Source of the DNA: a virus
Taxonomy: Duplodnaviria; Caudoviricetes
Strand: one strand, 5' to 3'
IMG/VR virus record: IMGVR_UViG_3300020112_000918
Location: 1-64,000 of that record
Length of the DNA stretch: 64,000 nucleotides
Shown: one piece after another, positions 31,158 to 41,185 of the stretch
Layout: each line of letters begins with the position of its first letter
Position numbering within the stretch: position 1 is the first letter of the stretch
The notes under the pieces: model-generated
Told to the model about the DNA's origin: nothing
The model's input: the letters and a program-made list of their open reading frames with translations, nothing else
Databases searched by the model: none
Position numbers and translations under genes: made by a program

Positions 31158-31687
31158 CACGCACTTATGAGCAGTTTGTTCAGTTTTACAAGGATAAGGG
31201 TATCTTAGACATGGGGACTTCTGTTAGAAGACCTTCTAAGCCCTTAAATGATCGTCAGCTGGAAAGAGCTTATGAACAGTACTTACACAAAGTAGAAGTT
31301 CAGAAAGAAAAGATTAAGGCTAAACAGAGCTCTCCTAAGTCTCGGGATGCAGAACTGTCCGAGCTTGTTCGTGAACGTGATGGGAATTCCTGTCGTTTGC
31401 TCAGAATTCTAACCTATTTAGAATATCAGGAATGGAAACAGAATCAGGGAGGGCAAGGGGCGACAATCGACGCAGCACATGTTTTTGGTAAAGGCTCTCA
31501 CCCTTGGATGCGTTTCCTTCCTGATAATATTGTGTGCTTAAACAGATTCTCCCATCTGTCTCTTGATACAGGTCGGTCTCCTCTGAACGGAAAGCTGATC
31601 TCTAAAGAAGAACACGACAGATGGTGGGAAAGAATTGTAGGGGAAGAAACTTACAGAAAACTGGTTGAGCAGAGTTACAGGAGTTAG
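31154..31687 (+). CDS. HNH/NinG(Rap)-like endonuclease
   Basis: VRERDGNSC...DAAHVFGKG...RFLPDNIVCLNRFSH. Confidence 0.6.
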   Translation: MTRTYEQFVQFYKDKGILDMGTSVRRPSKPLNDRQLERAYEQYLHKVEVQKEKIKAKQSSPKSRDAELSELVRERDGNSCRLLRILTYLEYQEWKQNQGGQGATIDAAHVFGKGSHPWMRFLPDNIVCLNRFSHLSLDTGRSPLNGKLISKEEHDRWWERIVGEETYRKLVEQSYRS

Positions 31688-31688
31688 C

Positions 31689-32066
31689 ATGTTTTTATTA
31701 AAAGAAAAAGTAGGCAATAGAATTGCTTTGGTATCCGCCCTTCCTACAAATTGTGTTCACTTTAACGGTGGATGTTTAACAATCAGCTATATGAGTTTTT
31801 TCCCAGAAAAAGATACTCTAGTCCTTAGCGGAACTATAGGAGGAGTTGAAACAGGTACACTTTGTATTTCTCCTAAAGGGTCTACCCTTTTAGGTGCTCA
31901 CGACTTAGATGTATCCTTTTCCGTAGTTCAGTCGGACGCTCAAAAATTAAAAGCTACCATTTTAAAAATAATTGATTTCTCTAAGTACAATCTGAAGCCT
32001 ACAGGCACAGGAACCGTGCGTATAGAAGTTTCTGACTATAATGAACTAAAAAAGGCTATACACTAG
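31689..32066 (+). CDS. hypothetical protein with N-terminal LxE tag
   Basis: MFLLKE start after AGGAG. Confidence 0.55.
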   Translation: MFLLKEKVGNRIALVSALPTNCVHFNGGCLTISYMSFFPEKDTLVLSGTIGGVETGTLCISPKGSTLLGAHDLDVSFSVVQSDAQKLKATILKIIDFSKYNLKPTGTGTVRIEVSDYNELKKAIH

Positions 32067-32076
32067 GAGGTAAATC

Positions 32077-32511
32077 ATGTTTGTTCTGAAAGAAGCAGTA
32101 TCTTCTAATACAGCTGTTTTCCCTATGGGAATTCCATCCAGTGTAGAGTCTATCTACTGGGATCAGAGTGCTTCAAGAACCTTTGGTCAAGTTGATGCTT
32201 GGTCTTCCGGACTTGGAATTCTTGGAGGACATGACCCTGATAGAGACAATGCTATCATTAAGGCTATGAGATTTCCTAAAGATGGAAAAACTCTTGCAGC
32301 TGAATTAAACAGGTGTACTAAACTTTTCTGGAAACCTGTTCAGATAATTGGAGGCAGTTTTGTCTGCACTAAAGAAGAAATAAGCCCTAAGAAAGTTATG
32401 GGTAAGACTATCCCTGGAGTCATGGAGCATTACCTCCGAGTAACGGCTAAGACTCCAACTAACTCAAAAGAGTTTGTAACAATTCGTTGTATCTGGTATG
32501 AAAAAGTCTAG
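32077..32511 (+). CDS. hypothetical protein with N-terminal LxE tag
   Basis: MFVLKE start after AGGAGG. Confidence 0.6.
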   Translation: MFVLKEAVSSNTAVFPMGIPSSVESIYWDQSASRTFGQVDAWSSGLGILGGHDPDRDNAIIKAMRFPKDGKTLAAELNRCTKLFWKPVQIIGGSFVCTKEEISPKKVMGKTIPGVMEHYLRVTAKTPTNSKEFVTIRCIWYEKV

Positions 32512-32519
32512 GAAGGCTT

Positions 32520-32789
32520 ATGACAATCTTAGTAAGACGGGACTTTAATTTTTCGGGAAAAGCTGATGAAGACAAGGAAGTTTTAGTTGGCTCTTCTCGA
32601 AAATCTATTATAGAAGGACTTACAGGGTATCCTATAAAGATGTATCCTAGTCCTTTAGACCACAAAGACCTTTATCCTAAACTAACTTTAGTTCAGTCTT
32701 CTGAAGACTTTAGCGAATACTGCAAAAAGCCTTTGAAAGAAAGACTACCTACTGTAAGTGAGTTTAAGATGGCAGGAGAACACCTATGA
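32520..32789 (+). CDS. hypothetical protein
   Basis: Operon context. Confidence 0.5.
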   Translation: MTILVRRDFNFSGKADEDKEVLVGSSRKSIIEGLTGYPIKMYPSPLDHKDLYPKLTLVQSSEDFSEYCKKPLKERLPTVSEFKMAGEHL

Positions 32790-33283
32790 TAGTTTTACAC
32801 GAAAACGCTTTACTTGTGCAAAGTTCTTTAGATCTTGCAGCAAGACTCAACAGTCTGATAGGTTCAGAGTTGATTGCTTCTACTCAGTATAGAATTGCAG
32901 CTAAAACCGTAGTTGGAACAGACTATGATGCTTGTCGTGCTGAGTTTGAAAAACACGCTGATGAAGAGATGGATCACATGAAGAAACTTATGGATGCAGC
33001 TGTCAAGCGTGAAATTCCTGTTTGCCAAGATTTGGCTTGTCTGATAAACTGTGCAAACCCTAAATACGAAGTAATGACTCTTAGCAAGAGCTCTTACTTA
33101 GTTCGTTTTCATCTTCAAGCAGAAGAAGAAGCAATCGACGCTTACACAGAATTTTACGATTTGATAAAGGATGTAGACACAGTCCTTGCAGATGAAATCA
33201 AAGAGATTCTTAATGATGAGATGGAACATCGTTCAGACTTGAAGAAAATAAGCTCCTCTATTTACGGGGCTGCTGATAAATAA
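32786..33283 (+). CDS. ferritin-like diiron protein
   Basis: SELIASTQY, EEMDH, EEEAIDAY, DEMEH ferroxidase pattern. Confidence 0.8.
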   Translation: MIVLHENALLVQSSLDLAARLNSLIGSELIASTQYRIAAKTVVGTDYDACRAEFEKHADEEMDHMKKLMDAAVKREIPVCQDLACLINCANPKYEVMTLSKSSYLVRFHLQAEEEAIDAYTEFYDLIKDVDTVLADEIKEILNDEMEHRSDLKKISSSIYGAADK

Positions 33284-33302
33284 ATTTTCAACTACCTTAC
33301 AT

Positions 33303-33341
33303 AAGTCCTTCTTCTTAATCCGGAGAAGGACTTTTCTTTTT
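33303..33341 (+). terminator. intrinsic terminator
   Basis: AAGTCCTTCT...AGAAGGACTT followed by a T-rich run. Confidence 0.7.
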
Positions 33342-33395
33342 AAGGTCCCAGCCTATTTAATTAAATACTATCTTTTTAGACAAGGAGAAATTTAT

Positions 33396-34298
33396 ATGAG
33401 CGTGTATCACGGATCACATAGAATAGCTGGATCTAATAAAAACGTTATTCGAGACAGTTTAACTCGTCAGGATACTACTTGGTCTTCTGCCAAAATTGCT
33501 GAAGAAATTCAAAATGCTAAAACATATGCATCCTACGCAGCTATGCTTGGAGAAAACTTTACTAACGGGGTTTTAACAGAACGCAACTTAGTAAATGTTT
33601 TAGGAGCTACTAGTGTTGCGGATGCTTTTGCTAAGCTGCAGGCAAAAACTTCTGTGGGAGATTTTACAAACTTAGGATTGGGAGACTATATTGATATTCC
33701 TTCTATCACTTTTGACGGTCAGACTTTGACTCATAATCCTTCTTATGAAAATCTTCGAGTTCAGATAATTGCGTTTGACTACTTTAAAAACTACTATAAT
33801 ACTACTCATCATGCAGTAATGCAGTTTAAGCATTGTCCTTTTAAAAAGGAAATTAACTCTGCAAACTCTAACGTAGGTGGCTATCCTGCTATGCCTATAG
33901 CAGGTTACTTGAGTACTACTTTTGGAGCAGGACTTGAAGCAGCTATAGGAATTAACTGTTTGTCTATTAAGCAGTTCTTCCAGAAAGCAGCTACTGCTTG
34001 GTCGAACTCTACAGGATACAAAGTATTTTTACCTACAGAAAATCAGCTGATTGGACACAAAGGTTCTTCTACAGTAGCTACAAATTTTGTTTCCTATGAA
34101 CTAGGTCAGTTCCCTTACTACACAATTAATCCTAAGGGTCTTATGAAGAACTCTAATGGAGTACTTCACTACTATTGGACAGCTTCTCCGTTGTTTGCTG
34201 TCTCGTATCGCTTTGCTTACGTGGGCGACAGTGGTCGCGTGTACGACGGCAGTGCTAATGATGACGTTATCGGTGTTGCTCCAGTTTTCTGTATCTAG
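33396..34298 (+). CDS. DGR target protein (CLec-fold/DUF6273-like receptor-binding protein)
   Basis: C-terminal YYWTASP...FAYV...GVAPVFCI encoded by the VR; N-terminal TTWSSAKI tail-fibre motif. Confidence 0.85.
   Translation: MSVYHGSHRIAGSNKNVIRDSLTRQDTTWSSAKIAEEIQNAKTYASYAAMLGENFTNGVLTERNLVNVLGATSVADAFAKLQAKTSVGDFTNLGLGDYIDIPSITFDGQTLTHNPSYENLRVQIIAFDYFKNYYNTTHHAVMQFKHCPFKKEINSANSNVGGYPAMPIAGYLSTTFGAGLEAAIGINCLSIKQFFQKAATAWSNSTGYKVFLPTENQLIGHKGSSTVATNFVSYELGQFPYYTINPKGLMKNSNGVLHYYWTASPLFAVSYRFAYVGDSGRVYDGSANDDVIGVAPVFCI
34189..34284 (+). repeat. DGR variable repeat (VR)
   Basis: 96-bp ungapped match to the TR; all 18 mismatches are at TR adenines. Confidence 0.95.
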
Positions 34299-34317
34299 TA
34301 TCCAAAATCTTTAATCT

Positions 34318-34337
34318 GGGCTGCATACCTGCAGCCC
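34318..34337 (+). promoter_or_regulatory. DGR target-recognition hairpin
   Basis: GGGCTGCA-TACC-TGCAGCCC perfect 8-bp stem just downstream of VR/IMH. Confidence 0.8.
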
Positions 34338-34362
34338 TTGTAACACAGGTTGAACGAGGAAT

Positions 34363-34815
34363 ATGAGCGTACCAGTAAGAAAAAGAAATTTATCTAGCCT
34401 TGAGTTCTATAATACAGCAGTTACAATCTACAAGGACATTGTGTCTATCTTAGACAAACTGCCGAGAAAATTGGTAGATTCAACCAGTCACGAAGTAGAT
34501 AGAACTTACTTAATAGATTTCTATCAGAAAGCGTTTCTGAAAACTTATGAAGATATGATGCTGAATATTGATTTAGCAAATGAGATTTTCATAAGTGATA
34601 AAACTGCAGCCCAGTTTAGAAATAGAAGATTGAGTTACCAGGATACAGCTATCGCTATGTGTACTCATTTAGAAACTCTGGTAGAATTGCTTACAATGAA
34701 TTTTCCTAAAATCGTAGGAGAATTAGGGGTACTGTCTCAGAATCTGGAATTTGAGTTGTCTTTACTAAAAGGATGGAAAGAATACACTAAAAAGAAAAGA
34801 AAGGTGCTTGACTAA
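34363..34815 (+). CDS. avd: DGR accessory variability determinant (Avd-like four-helix bundle)
   Basis: MSVPVRKRNLSSLEF...ANEIF...RRLSYQ..AI...LLKGWK; lies between VR and TR. Confidence 0.8.
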   Translation: MSVPVRKRNLSSLEFYNTAVTIYKDIVSILDKLPRKLVDSTSHEVDRTYLIDFYQKAFLKTYEDMMLNIDLANEIFISDKTAAQFRNRRLSYQDTAIAMCTHLETLVELLTMNFPKIVGELGVLSQNLEFELSLLKGWKEYTKKKRKVLD

Positions 34816-34825
34816 AAATTATCGT

Positions 34826-34921
34826 CGTTGTTTGCTGACTCGAATAACTTTGCTAACGTGAACAACAATGGTAACGTGAACAACAACAATGCTAATAATG
34901 ACATTATCGGTGTTGCTCCAG
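34826..34921 (+). repeat. DGR template repeat (TR)
   Basis: AAC/AAT-rich intergenic copy of the VR. Confidence 0.95.
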
Positions 34922-35194
34922 ATTTAGATAAATATTTGATATCCCAATCTAGAGATCTTAAGTTGTTACACTTCAACTACAAAAAGTGTTGGGATTTTTA
35001 AATTTATTTAAAGGAGTCAAGAGTCCTGCTAGAAATAGCAAATCTTCGGTTTTGACATAAGAAAGTGGACGCTGCTTGCATGGTAGAAGCGTAAGCAAAC
35101 TTCTATTTCATACTTTCAAAATTATGCAGAGTGTAACTTAATTGCTAAAATCCTTCCTCTAGAAAGGATACTCTGTGCAAAACCTTTTTATTTT

Positions 35195-36286
35195 ATGACT
35201 TCTGAAGATCGACGAGAATTAAGATACCAGCGAAGAAAAGCTAAAAGAATTAAAGACCAACCAGATTTTTCTGAACTTTTAAAACCAGAAAATTTATACA
35301 ATTCCTACAAGCTATGCAGAAAAGGAACTTCTTGGAAAGCAGCTGTGCAACGCTATGGAAAACACTGTATACGAAATATTTTTGCTTCTATTGAAAAGCT
35401 AAAGAAAGGAGAACCAATTACAGAACCTTTCAATCTGTTTGAAGTTCAAGAGCGAGGACGTATCAGAGTAGTTATGAGCGTTCGTATAAAAGAAAGAGTA
35501 GTTCAGAAAGCCTTGCATGACTATATACTATTTCCTATTCTAAAACCTACATTAATTCCTGACTCGGGAGCTTGTATAAAAGGAAAAGGAATTTCTTTTA
35601 CGAGAAAACGACTTAAAGAGCATTTGCGCAGATTTTATAGGAAGACTGGAAATAATGAAGGCTACGTACTTTGTGTAGACTACTCGAATTACTTTGGCTC
35701 TATAAGGCATGATGTCTTGTTAAAGTTTTTATCCAAAAAGATTCGAGATGAACAGGTATTAAAGCTAGTAAAAGAAATTTTAGACAATTATAAAAAAATC
35801 GGCTTAGGACTAGGTAGTCAAATTTCTCAGCTATGTGCTTTATTTTATTTAAGTTCAGTAGATCACTTTGTGAAAGAAAAGTTGCGAGTAAAATATTATG
35901 GTCGTTATATGGATGACTGCTACTTAATAAGTGACTCAAAAGAGGAACTTAAGTATTGGCTTAAGGAAATTAGAAAGTTTAGTGAATCCGTTCTAGGACT
36001 AACTATAAGTTCTAGAAAAACTACTATTCAGAAATTAACAAATTTTAAGTTCATTAAGGGACACTACTGCTTATCTCTTACTGGAAAAATTAAAGTTTTT
36101 CCGGATAGGAAAACATTTTTAAGATTTAAACACAAATTCGTTAAAATGTTGAAAATGAAGTGTTCCGAAGAAATTTTGCTTCCTGTAGTGCAGAGCTGGA
36201 AAGGTCATTTAAAATATTTTAATTCTTGGAAAGAGAAGCAAGCAATGTTTAAGCTCTTAGGAACCTATTTAATTAAATCTAGCTAA
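35195..36286 (+). CDS. DGR reverse transcriptase 1
   Basis: ERVVQK, ACIKGKG, DYSNYFGSI, GLGLGSQISQ, YGRYMDD. Confidence 0.93.
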   Translation: MTSEDRRELRYQRRKAKRIKDQPDFSELLKPENLYNSYKLCRKGTSWKAAVQRYGKHCIRNIFASIEKLKKGEPITEPFNLFEVQERGRIRVVMSVRIKERVVQKALHDYILFPILKPTLIPDSGACIKGKGISFTRKRLKEHLRRFYRKTGNNEGYVLCVDYSNYFGSIRHDVLLKFLSKKIRDEQVLKLVKEILDNYKKIGLGLGSQISQLCALFYLSSVDHFVKEKLRVKYYGRYMDDCYLISDSKEELKYWLKEIRKFSESVLGLTISSRKTTIQKLTNFKFIKGHYCLSLTGKIKVFPDRKTFLRFKHKFVKMLKMKCSEEILLPVVQSWKGHLKYFNSWKEKQAMFKLLGTYLIKSS

Positions 36287-36296
36287 GGAGAATAAG

Positions 36297-36701
36297 ATGG
36301 TTTACATTTGGAATAAAGATGAACAAGTAGTATTTCATACAGATAAAAAGTTTGCAGTAGAAGTAGAAAAACTCCCTGCTACGCCAGACTTAGAAATGTC
36401 TGAAGAAGAATTTTATGCAAAACAGCCTATCCGAATAGTAGACGGAAAGTTTACTTTTGGAAAAACTGAAGAAGAACTTTCTCAGGAGGAAGCTGCAGCT
36501 GTAAGAACTAAAAGAGATTATCTTATAAATGAAGTTCAATGGCGTGTAGACAGATACCTTGAACAAAAAGCTGCAGGAGAGACTACAGTAGATTCAGAAG
36601 CAAAGTTTAAAAAGATTTCTGCTTACATAAGAGCTCTGAGAGACATTCCTACTCAGAAAGGATTTCCTTTTGACGTTGTCTGGCCAACTCTGGAGGTCTA
36701 A
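36297..36701 (+). CDS. tail fibre assembly chaperone
   Basis: VRTKRDYL...YIRALRDIPTQKGFPFDVVWP. Confidence 0.8.
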   Translation: MVYIWNKDEQVVFHTDKKFAVEVEKLPATPDLEMSEEEFYAKQPIRIVDGKFTFGKTEEELSQEEAAAVRTKRDYLINEVQWRVDRYLEQKAAGETTVDSEAKFKKISAYIRALRDIPTQKGFPFDVVWPTLEV

Positions 36702-36896
36702 GTGTTCCTACTCAAGACTCAAGAAGACGCACAAACTAGTTCCTCGATAGGCTTGCCTCCTGCTAATGTTGGTGGCGTTTTTGCCCTCAATACAGGCTCT
36801 CCAGCTCCTAGAGAGGACTCGATCTCAAAGTCAGTTAAACTTTACCTCGATAAAAATAAAGTGCCTCAGAAGGGAGATTTCGGAGGGTCAAAATGA
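36702..36896 (+). CDS. small hypothetical protein
   Basis: GGAGG SD before GTG; fills the operon gap. Confidence 0.45.
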   Translation: MFLLKTQEDAQTSSSIGLPPANVGGVFALNTGSPAPREDSISKSVKLYLDKNKVPQKGDFGGSK

Positions 36897-37246
36897 ATCC
36901 AGAACTTTTAGATACTGTAAGAATCCTGATGACAGCTGTAATGATCGTCTCTACAGAAACTATCGGGATTCTTCAGTGGCTTAAGAACTTCATGTCAGAC
37001 AAAGGCTCAAAAAGAAAGAGAAACGCTTTTATTGCTTTTTGTATCTTAGTTCCTTGTGCTCTGATGAACTCAACTCTTGTGTCAACCTTGGCTACGGCTA
37101 TATTTAATGTTATATTTCTTTCATTAGCAGTTGAACAGCTTGCTTATCAGACCATTGTAAATGGTATTCCAAAAATCATCGATGCGATGTTTGACAAGGC
37201 TGCTTCCTTTGCTTCTAAGAAAGAAGAAAAGGAGAATTTACAATGA
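36893..37246 (+). CDS. probable holin (about 3 TM)
   Basis: Hydrophobic helices and charged C-terminus. Confidence 0.55.
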   Translation: MNPELLDTVRILMTAVMIVSTETIGILQWLKNFMSDKGSKRKRNAFIAFCILVPCALMNSTLVSTLATAIFNVIFLSLAVEQLAYQTIVNGIPKIIDAMFDKAASFASKKEEKENLQ

Positions 37247-37902
37247 TTATCTTAAATGAAGCATCTGGAATCCAGAAAGCACAGATAGGAGTTTCTTCTG
37301 AACACAAGAAAGACCCTGCAACAAATCGAGGATTTGGCTATCTCTCACTTGAATACAAAGTAAACGGTGTAAAGCAGAAAGCTCGTTTTTCTTTCGATGC
37401 AAAAACAGGAGTTGTCAATTTCACAGGAGAGCCATGGGACTGGATCAAGAGTGAAATAGCTAAACGACCTTACACTTCCGATGAAAAAGACTTTATGACT
37501 CTTCATGCGAAGTCTTATGCTCGGTTCGTTAAGGGAGCAAGATCTTGTTTCTTTAATGGAACTAAGTGGAGTCTTGGCTACGGTAGTCTTGACGAAGCTG
37601 CTTTGAAAAACAAGAGTAAGATAACAGCAGACATAGTAAACCAGTATTCTATGTTGGTATCTGTTAATCCGATTAATTCTACTTTTTCTTACAACCTGAG
37701 AGATCAGGCTCTGTCCCAGGAAATAGCAATTCCGTTTATTGAGAATCCAGCTTATCCTTACATGTTTATTCTGAGACCAGACAAGCAGGAAGAGTTTGAG
37801 CAGCTTTGCAAAAAATACTGCACCCGTTCTTCTTCTGGTTGGTTTACTGTGTCTAGAAGACCTTCTTCTATCGCAGTGGGCAAGAAAGTCTACTTAGTAT
37901 AA
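37243..37902 (+). CDS. hypothetical protein with N-terminal LxE tag
   Basis: MIILNE start after AAGGAG. Confidence 0.6.
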   Translation: MIILNEASGIQKAQIGVSSEHKKDPATNRGFGYLSLEYKVNGVKQKARFSFDAKTGVVNFTGEPWDWIKSEIAKRPYTSDEKDFMTLHAKSYARFVKGARSCFFNGTKWSLGYGSLDEAALKNKSKITADIVNQYSMLVSVNPINSTFSYNLRDQALSQEIAIPFIENPAYPYMFILRPDKQEEFEQLCKKYCTRSSSGWFTVSRRPSSIAVGKKVYLV

Positions 37903-37922
37903 AATCTTTATTCTTAAACATT

Positions 37923-37944
37923 AGCTCCCTTCGGGGAGCTTTTT
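37923..37944 (+). terminator. intrinsic terminator
   Basis: AGCTCCC-TTCG-GGGAGCT followed by TTTT. Confidence 0.8.
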
Positions 37945-37960
37945 ATTTGCCTATTTGTTT

Positions 37961-40900
37961 ATGGCAAATAATTTAACTGATGGCATGCCTGAGGGCTTGA
38001 CCTTTAAATCTGAAGAACACAAACAAGATCTCACTTACAAAGCTACAGAAGAAGCATTGAGACAATTTTTAAAGATTTCTTCTCAGCTCGGAACTCATAA
38101 TAAAGACCTTCAAGAAGAGATTAAAACTCTTGTCGGAGATCAACAGAAACTGTACAAAAGATTCGATGAGGAACAGGCTCAACGCAGATTAGATGCAAAG
38201 CTGCTTCGTGAAAAGGGTGCTTCCGACGAAGAGATTATTGCCTACTTGTCTAAAAGACAGGAAACTTACGAAAAAGACACAAAGGCTTTGTTTGACTCAT
38301 TTGGAGATCTTCACAGAACTCTTGAAGGCTGGATTGAAGAAGATGAAAACCTTTCTGGTGGAGACAGAGTCCTTTTAAGAAAACAGCTTGAGACTTTCCA
38401 AAAGTCTTACGACCTGGATGAGCAGCTCAAGGCTGAAGCCGAAAGAAACGAAAAGAAACGAAACTCAATCCTCGAAAACATAGCAGAAAGTACTAAGGGA
38501 ACTTGGAAAGAAGCTCTTGAAAGTGGTAAATCTGAAAGAAAAGACCTGTTCGGTTCTTTTGCTTCTTCTCTGCTCGGTCCTCTTCGTGTTATTGCAGACC
38601 CTCTGACCAAGGTTGCCACAGGTAAGACAACTAGAGAAATCGCAGGAGACATTTTCGAGAAATGGACTTCAAAAGAGGACAAAGAAGATGAAGATAAGGC
38701 TGCAGAAAGAGACCTTGAACTCGAGACAGCTCTTTCATCGGCTCAACCGCCTTTAATTTCTTCTGTAGACCAGATAGCTAATCTTATCGAGAGTGACTCT
38801 CCTGAAGGACTTCTATCTCCAGAAGATATGAGAACTACGTCAACTGAAGAACTTCCTGTGTCTGCTTCTGTAAACAACGAAGGAATTCTGGAAAGAACAA
38901 CTCCTGTAGAAAACGACCTTTTACGTAAGGGTGGAATTGTCGGAGCAGCTGCTGTCTTCTTAGGAAAAGAAATTCGTAAGCTGGGTGAAGGAATTGAAGA
39001 CATCGACGTAGATGGAGATGATGAGGGATTCCTCGACAAAATTTCTGGAGGTAAGTTCTCAAAGACTCTTGCCAAACTCGCTCCTACTCTTGCTTCAGCT
39101 GCAGGAGTTGCTGCCGTTGCTGCAGTTCCTATTGCTATGCTCGTAGGTGGAGCTAAACTTCAGGAAAGAGATACTGAAGATGCTAAAAAGTATGCTGAAA
39201 AAGGCGAATACGGTCGAGCAGTAGAAACTGCTTGGCTTGGAGATAGAGAAAGACTCACTGAAGAAAATGCCAATGCAGAACTCGGAAGAGCAACTGGTAA
39301 AACAGCTCTGCTTGCAGGAGGAGCTGCAGGTGTTACAGCCTTAGCTGCAGGAGGAGCTGCTGCCGGAATGTCCGCAGGAGCTGCAGCTGCTGCAGGAGGT
39401 GCAGGACTCTTAGGTACGGGGCTTGCTGCTGCGGGAGCAACTGCAGGAGCTGTATTCCCTCCAGTTCTCATAGCTGCTGCGATTGCTGCAGCTGCAACAG
39501 TTGTAGCTAAGGGAGTTCAGGAAGCATATGAACTCGGATGGGATAAAAACCAAGCCGAAATTCAGAAAAACTTATACGATGTAATCTACTCAGAAGACTC
39601 TTCTGTTTGGGAGAAAGTTAAGGCTTCTGTCAGTTCAGACTGGAAAGAGTTTACAGGAACTATTGCTGGAGGAATCCGTGGAGTTACTGAAGAACTTGAG
39701 GGAGACGCAGCTATTGAATGGCAGAGAGGAATTGAGTATCTTGAAAAGACAGCTGCTGAAGGTAACGCAGAAAATGCTCGTCTTCTGACTATGATTCAGA
39801 GCGAAGAGTTTAAGTCTCTTTCTAAGAAAGACCAGGAAATGATGCTTAAATCAGAAGGACTTTTTGATGAGTATGAAACAATGCTCGATGAAGCTCAGAA
39901 CTCTTTCGGTGAAAGTATGCTTAACGGCTTACGAGCTACAGGGGACTTCTTTATCGGAGCTGTAAATACTAAGATGGAAGCCTATAACGGTAGAAAAGGA
40001 GCAGCAATAGATGCAAAACTTCTCAAAGAAATGGACAAAATTACGGGTGAAGATGTTGAACGCCTTAAAAATTCTACAGCGTATGCTGAAGCTCTTTCAC
40101 AGGGTAAAAATAAGAAGCAAGCAATGGAAGCAGCGTATCTCGAAGAAAAGCACAAAGAAAATGCAGCCCTCGGAATCCAAAAAGAAAACGGAGTCGCAGT
40201 AGGCTACAACGACTACGCTGTTACTTACTTCCAGAAAAAGAAATCTGATGAAGACTATCGTCAGACTCACGAATACGCTCAAGAAAAAGCTAAGCTCATG
40301 CAGAAAGGTTACTCTTCAGAGGAAGCAGATTTAAAGGCTATTGAAGAGTACAACGAAATGTATGAACAGGCTCTAACTTGGCGACTTAAACAGACTAAGG
40401 ACTATCGTGACCACTATAAAAAATGTCTCAAAGAAGGAAAGTCTATGGCTCAGGCTGAAAGAGAAGCCCTCCAGGTAGCCCGTGAAAACAAATACAACAC
40501 GATGACCTATACTGAGATCGTTAAAGAAAAGTTCTCAGAAATGGGTAAGGCTATTAAAGAGACATTTACAAAAGTCGGAGATAAGATCAAAGACGTGTTC
40601 GGAGATGTAAAAGAAAAGATTGCTGACGGGTTCAACGCTTTTAAAGAATCTGAATTCGGTCAGGCTATCTCAGACTTTGTTACAGGAATCTGGACAAAGG
40701 TTACTGAATGGTTCGGTAAGATAGGTGACTGGTTCTCAAGTAAGTGGGACTCAGTGGTTGGAGGTCTGACAGATGCTAAGGACTGGGTTGTAGACAAAGC
40801 CACAGCTGCGGGTTCTTGGATAAGTGATACAGCTTCATCTGCTTGGTCAGGAATTACAGACTTCCTCTCAATTGATGACGGTATCGTCACAAAAGACGGA

Positions 40901-41146
40901 AAGGTTATTCAGCTTTCTCCAGATGACAACGTTTATGCTACTAAAAATATGCCAACCGTTGTGGGAGATGCAGACGCACAAAGAGCTATGCCTTCTATTC
41001 CTGCTCCACAGCCTGAGTTTACAGATAAGAACATTATTGCAGCTATTCAGGTTCTTACAGAAGTTCTAAAGGGCAAGAATATGTCTCCTGAGATTAATAT
41101 TCCGGACAATTCGACTGTAGCTTTTGATCAGTTCAGATCTGCTTAA
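37961..41146 (+). CDS. tail tape measure protein
   Basis: About 1060 aa, helical, Ala/Gly-rich hydrophobic core, periodic W/F repeats near the C-terminus; ATG 4 nt after CCTATTT. Confidence 0.8.
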   Translation: MANNLTDGMPEGLTFKSEEHKQDLTYKATEEALRQFLKISSQLGTHNKDLQEEIKTLVGDQQKLYKRFDEEQAQRRLDAKLLREKGASDEEIIAYLSKRQETYEKDTKALFDSFGDLHRTLEGWIEEDENLSGGDRVLLRKQLETFQKSYDLDEQLKAEAERNEKKRNSILENIAESTKGTWKEALESGKSERKDLFGSFASSLLGPLRVIADPLTKVATGKTTREIAGDIFEKWTSKEDKEDEDKAAERDLELETALSSAQPPLISSVDQIANLIESDSPEGLLSPEDMRTTSTEELPVSASVNNEGILERTTPVENDLLRKGGIVGAAAVFLGKEIRKLGEGIEDIDVDGDDEGFLDKISGGKFSKTLAKLAPTLASAAGVAAVAAVPIAMLVGGAKLQERDTEDAKKYAEKGEYGRAVETAWLGDRERLTEENANAELGRATGKTALLAGGAAGVTALAAGGAAAGMSAGAAAAAGGAGLLGTGLAAAGATAGAVFPPVLIAAAIAAAATVVAKGVQEAYELGWDKNQAEIQKNLYDVIYSEDSSVWEKVKASVSSDWKEFTGTIAGGIRGVTEELEGDAAIEWQRGIEYLEKTAAEGNAENARLLTMIQSEEFKSLSKKDQEMMLKSEGLFDEYETMLDEAQNSFGESMLNGLRATGDFFIGAVNTKMEAYNGRKGAAIDAKLLKEMDKITGEDVERLKNSTAYAEALSQGKNKKQAMEAAYLEEKHKENAALGIQKENGVAVGYNDYAVTYFQKKKSDEDYRQTHEYAQEKAKLMQKGYSSEEADLKAIEEYNEMYEQALTWRLKQTKDYRDHYKKCLKEGKSMAQAEREALQVARENKYNTMTYTEIVKEKFSEMGKAIKETFTKVGDKIKDVFGDVKEKIADGFNAFKESEFGQAISDFVTGIWTKVTEWFGKIGDWFSSKWDSVVGGLTDAKDWVVDKATAAGSWISDTASSAWSGITDFLSIDDGIVTKDGKVIQLSPDDNVYATKNMPTVVGDADAQRAMPSIPAPQPEFTDKNIIAAIQVLTEVLKGKNMSPEINIPDNSTVAFDQFRSA

Positions 41147-41185
41147 AAGGTCGCCGTAGAAAAACTGTTCGGAATTATACTGAAT

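Noticed and set aside
34826-34921. AAC-rich run as a microsatellite or CRISPR array
   Set aside because: It is the DGR template repeat; no CRISPR array or tRNA gene was seen in the window
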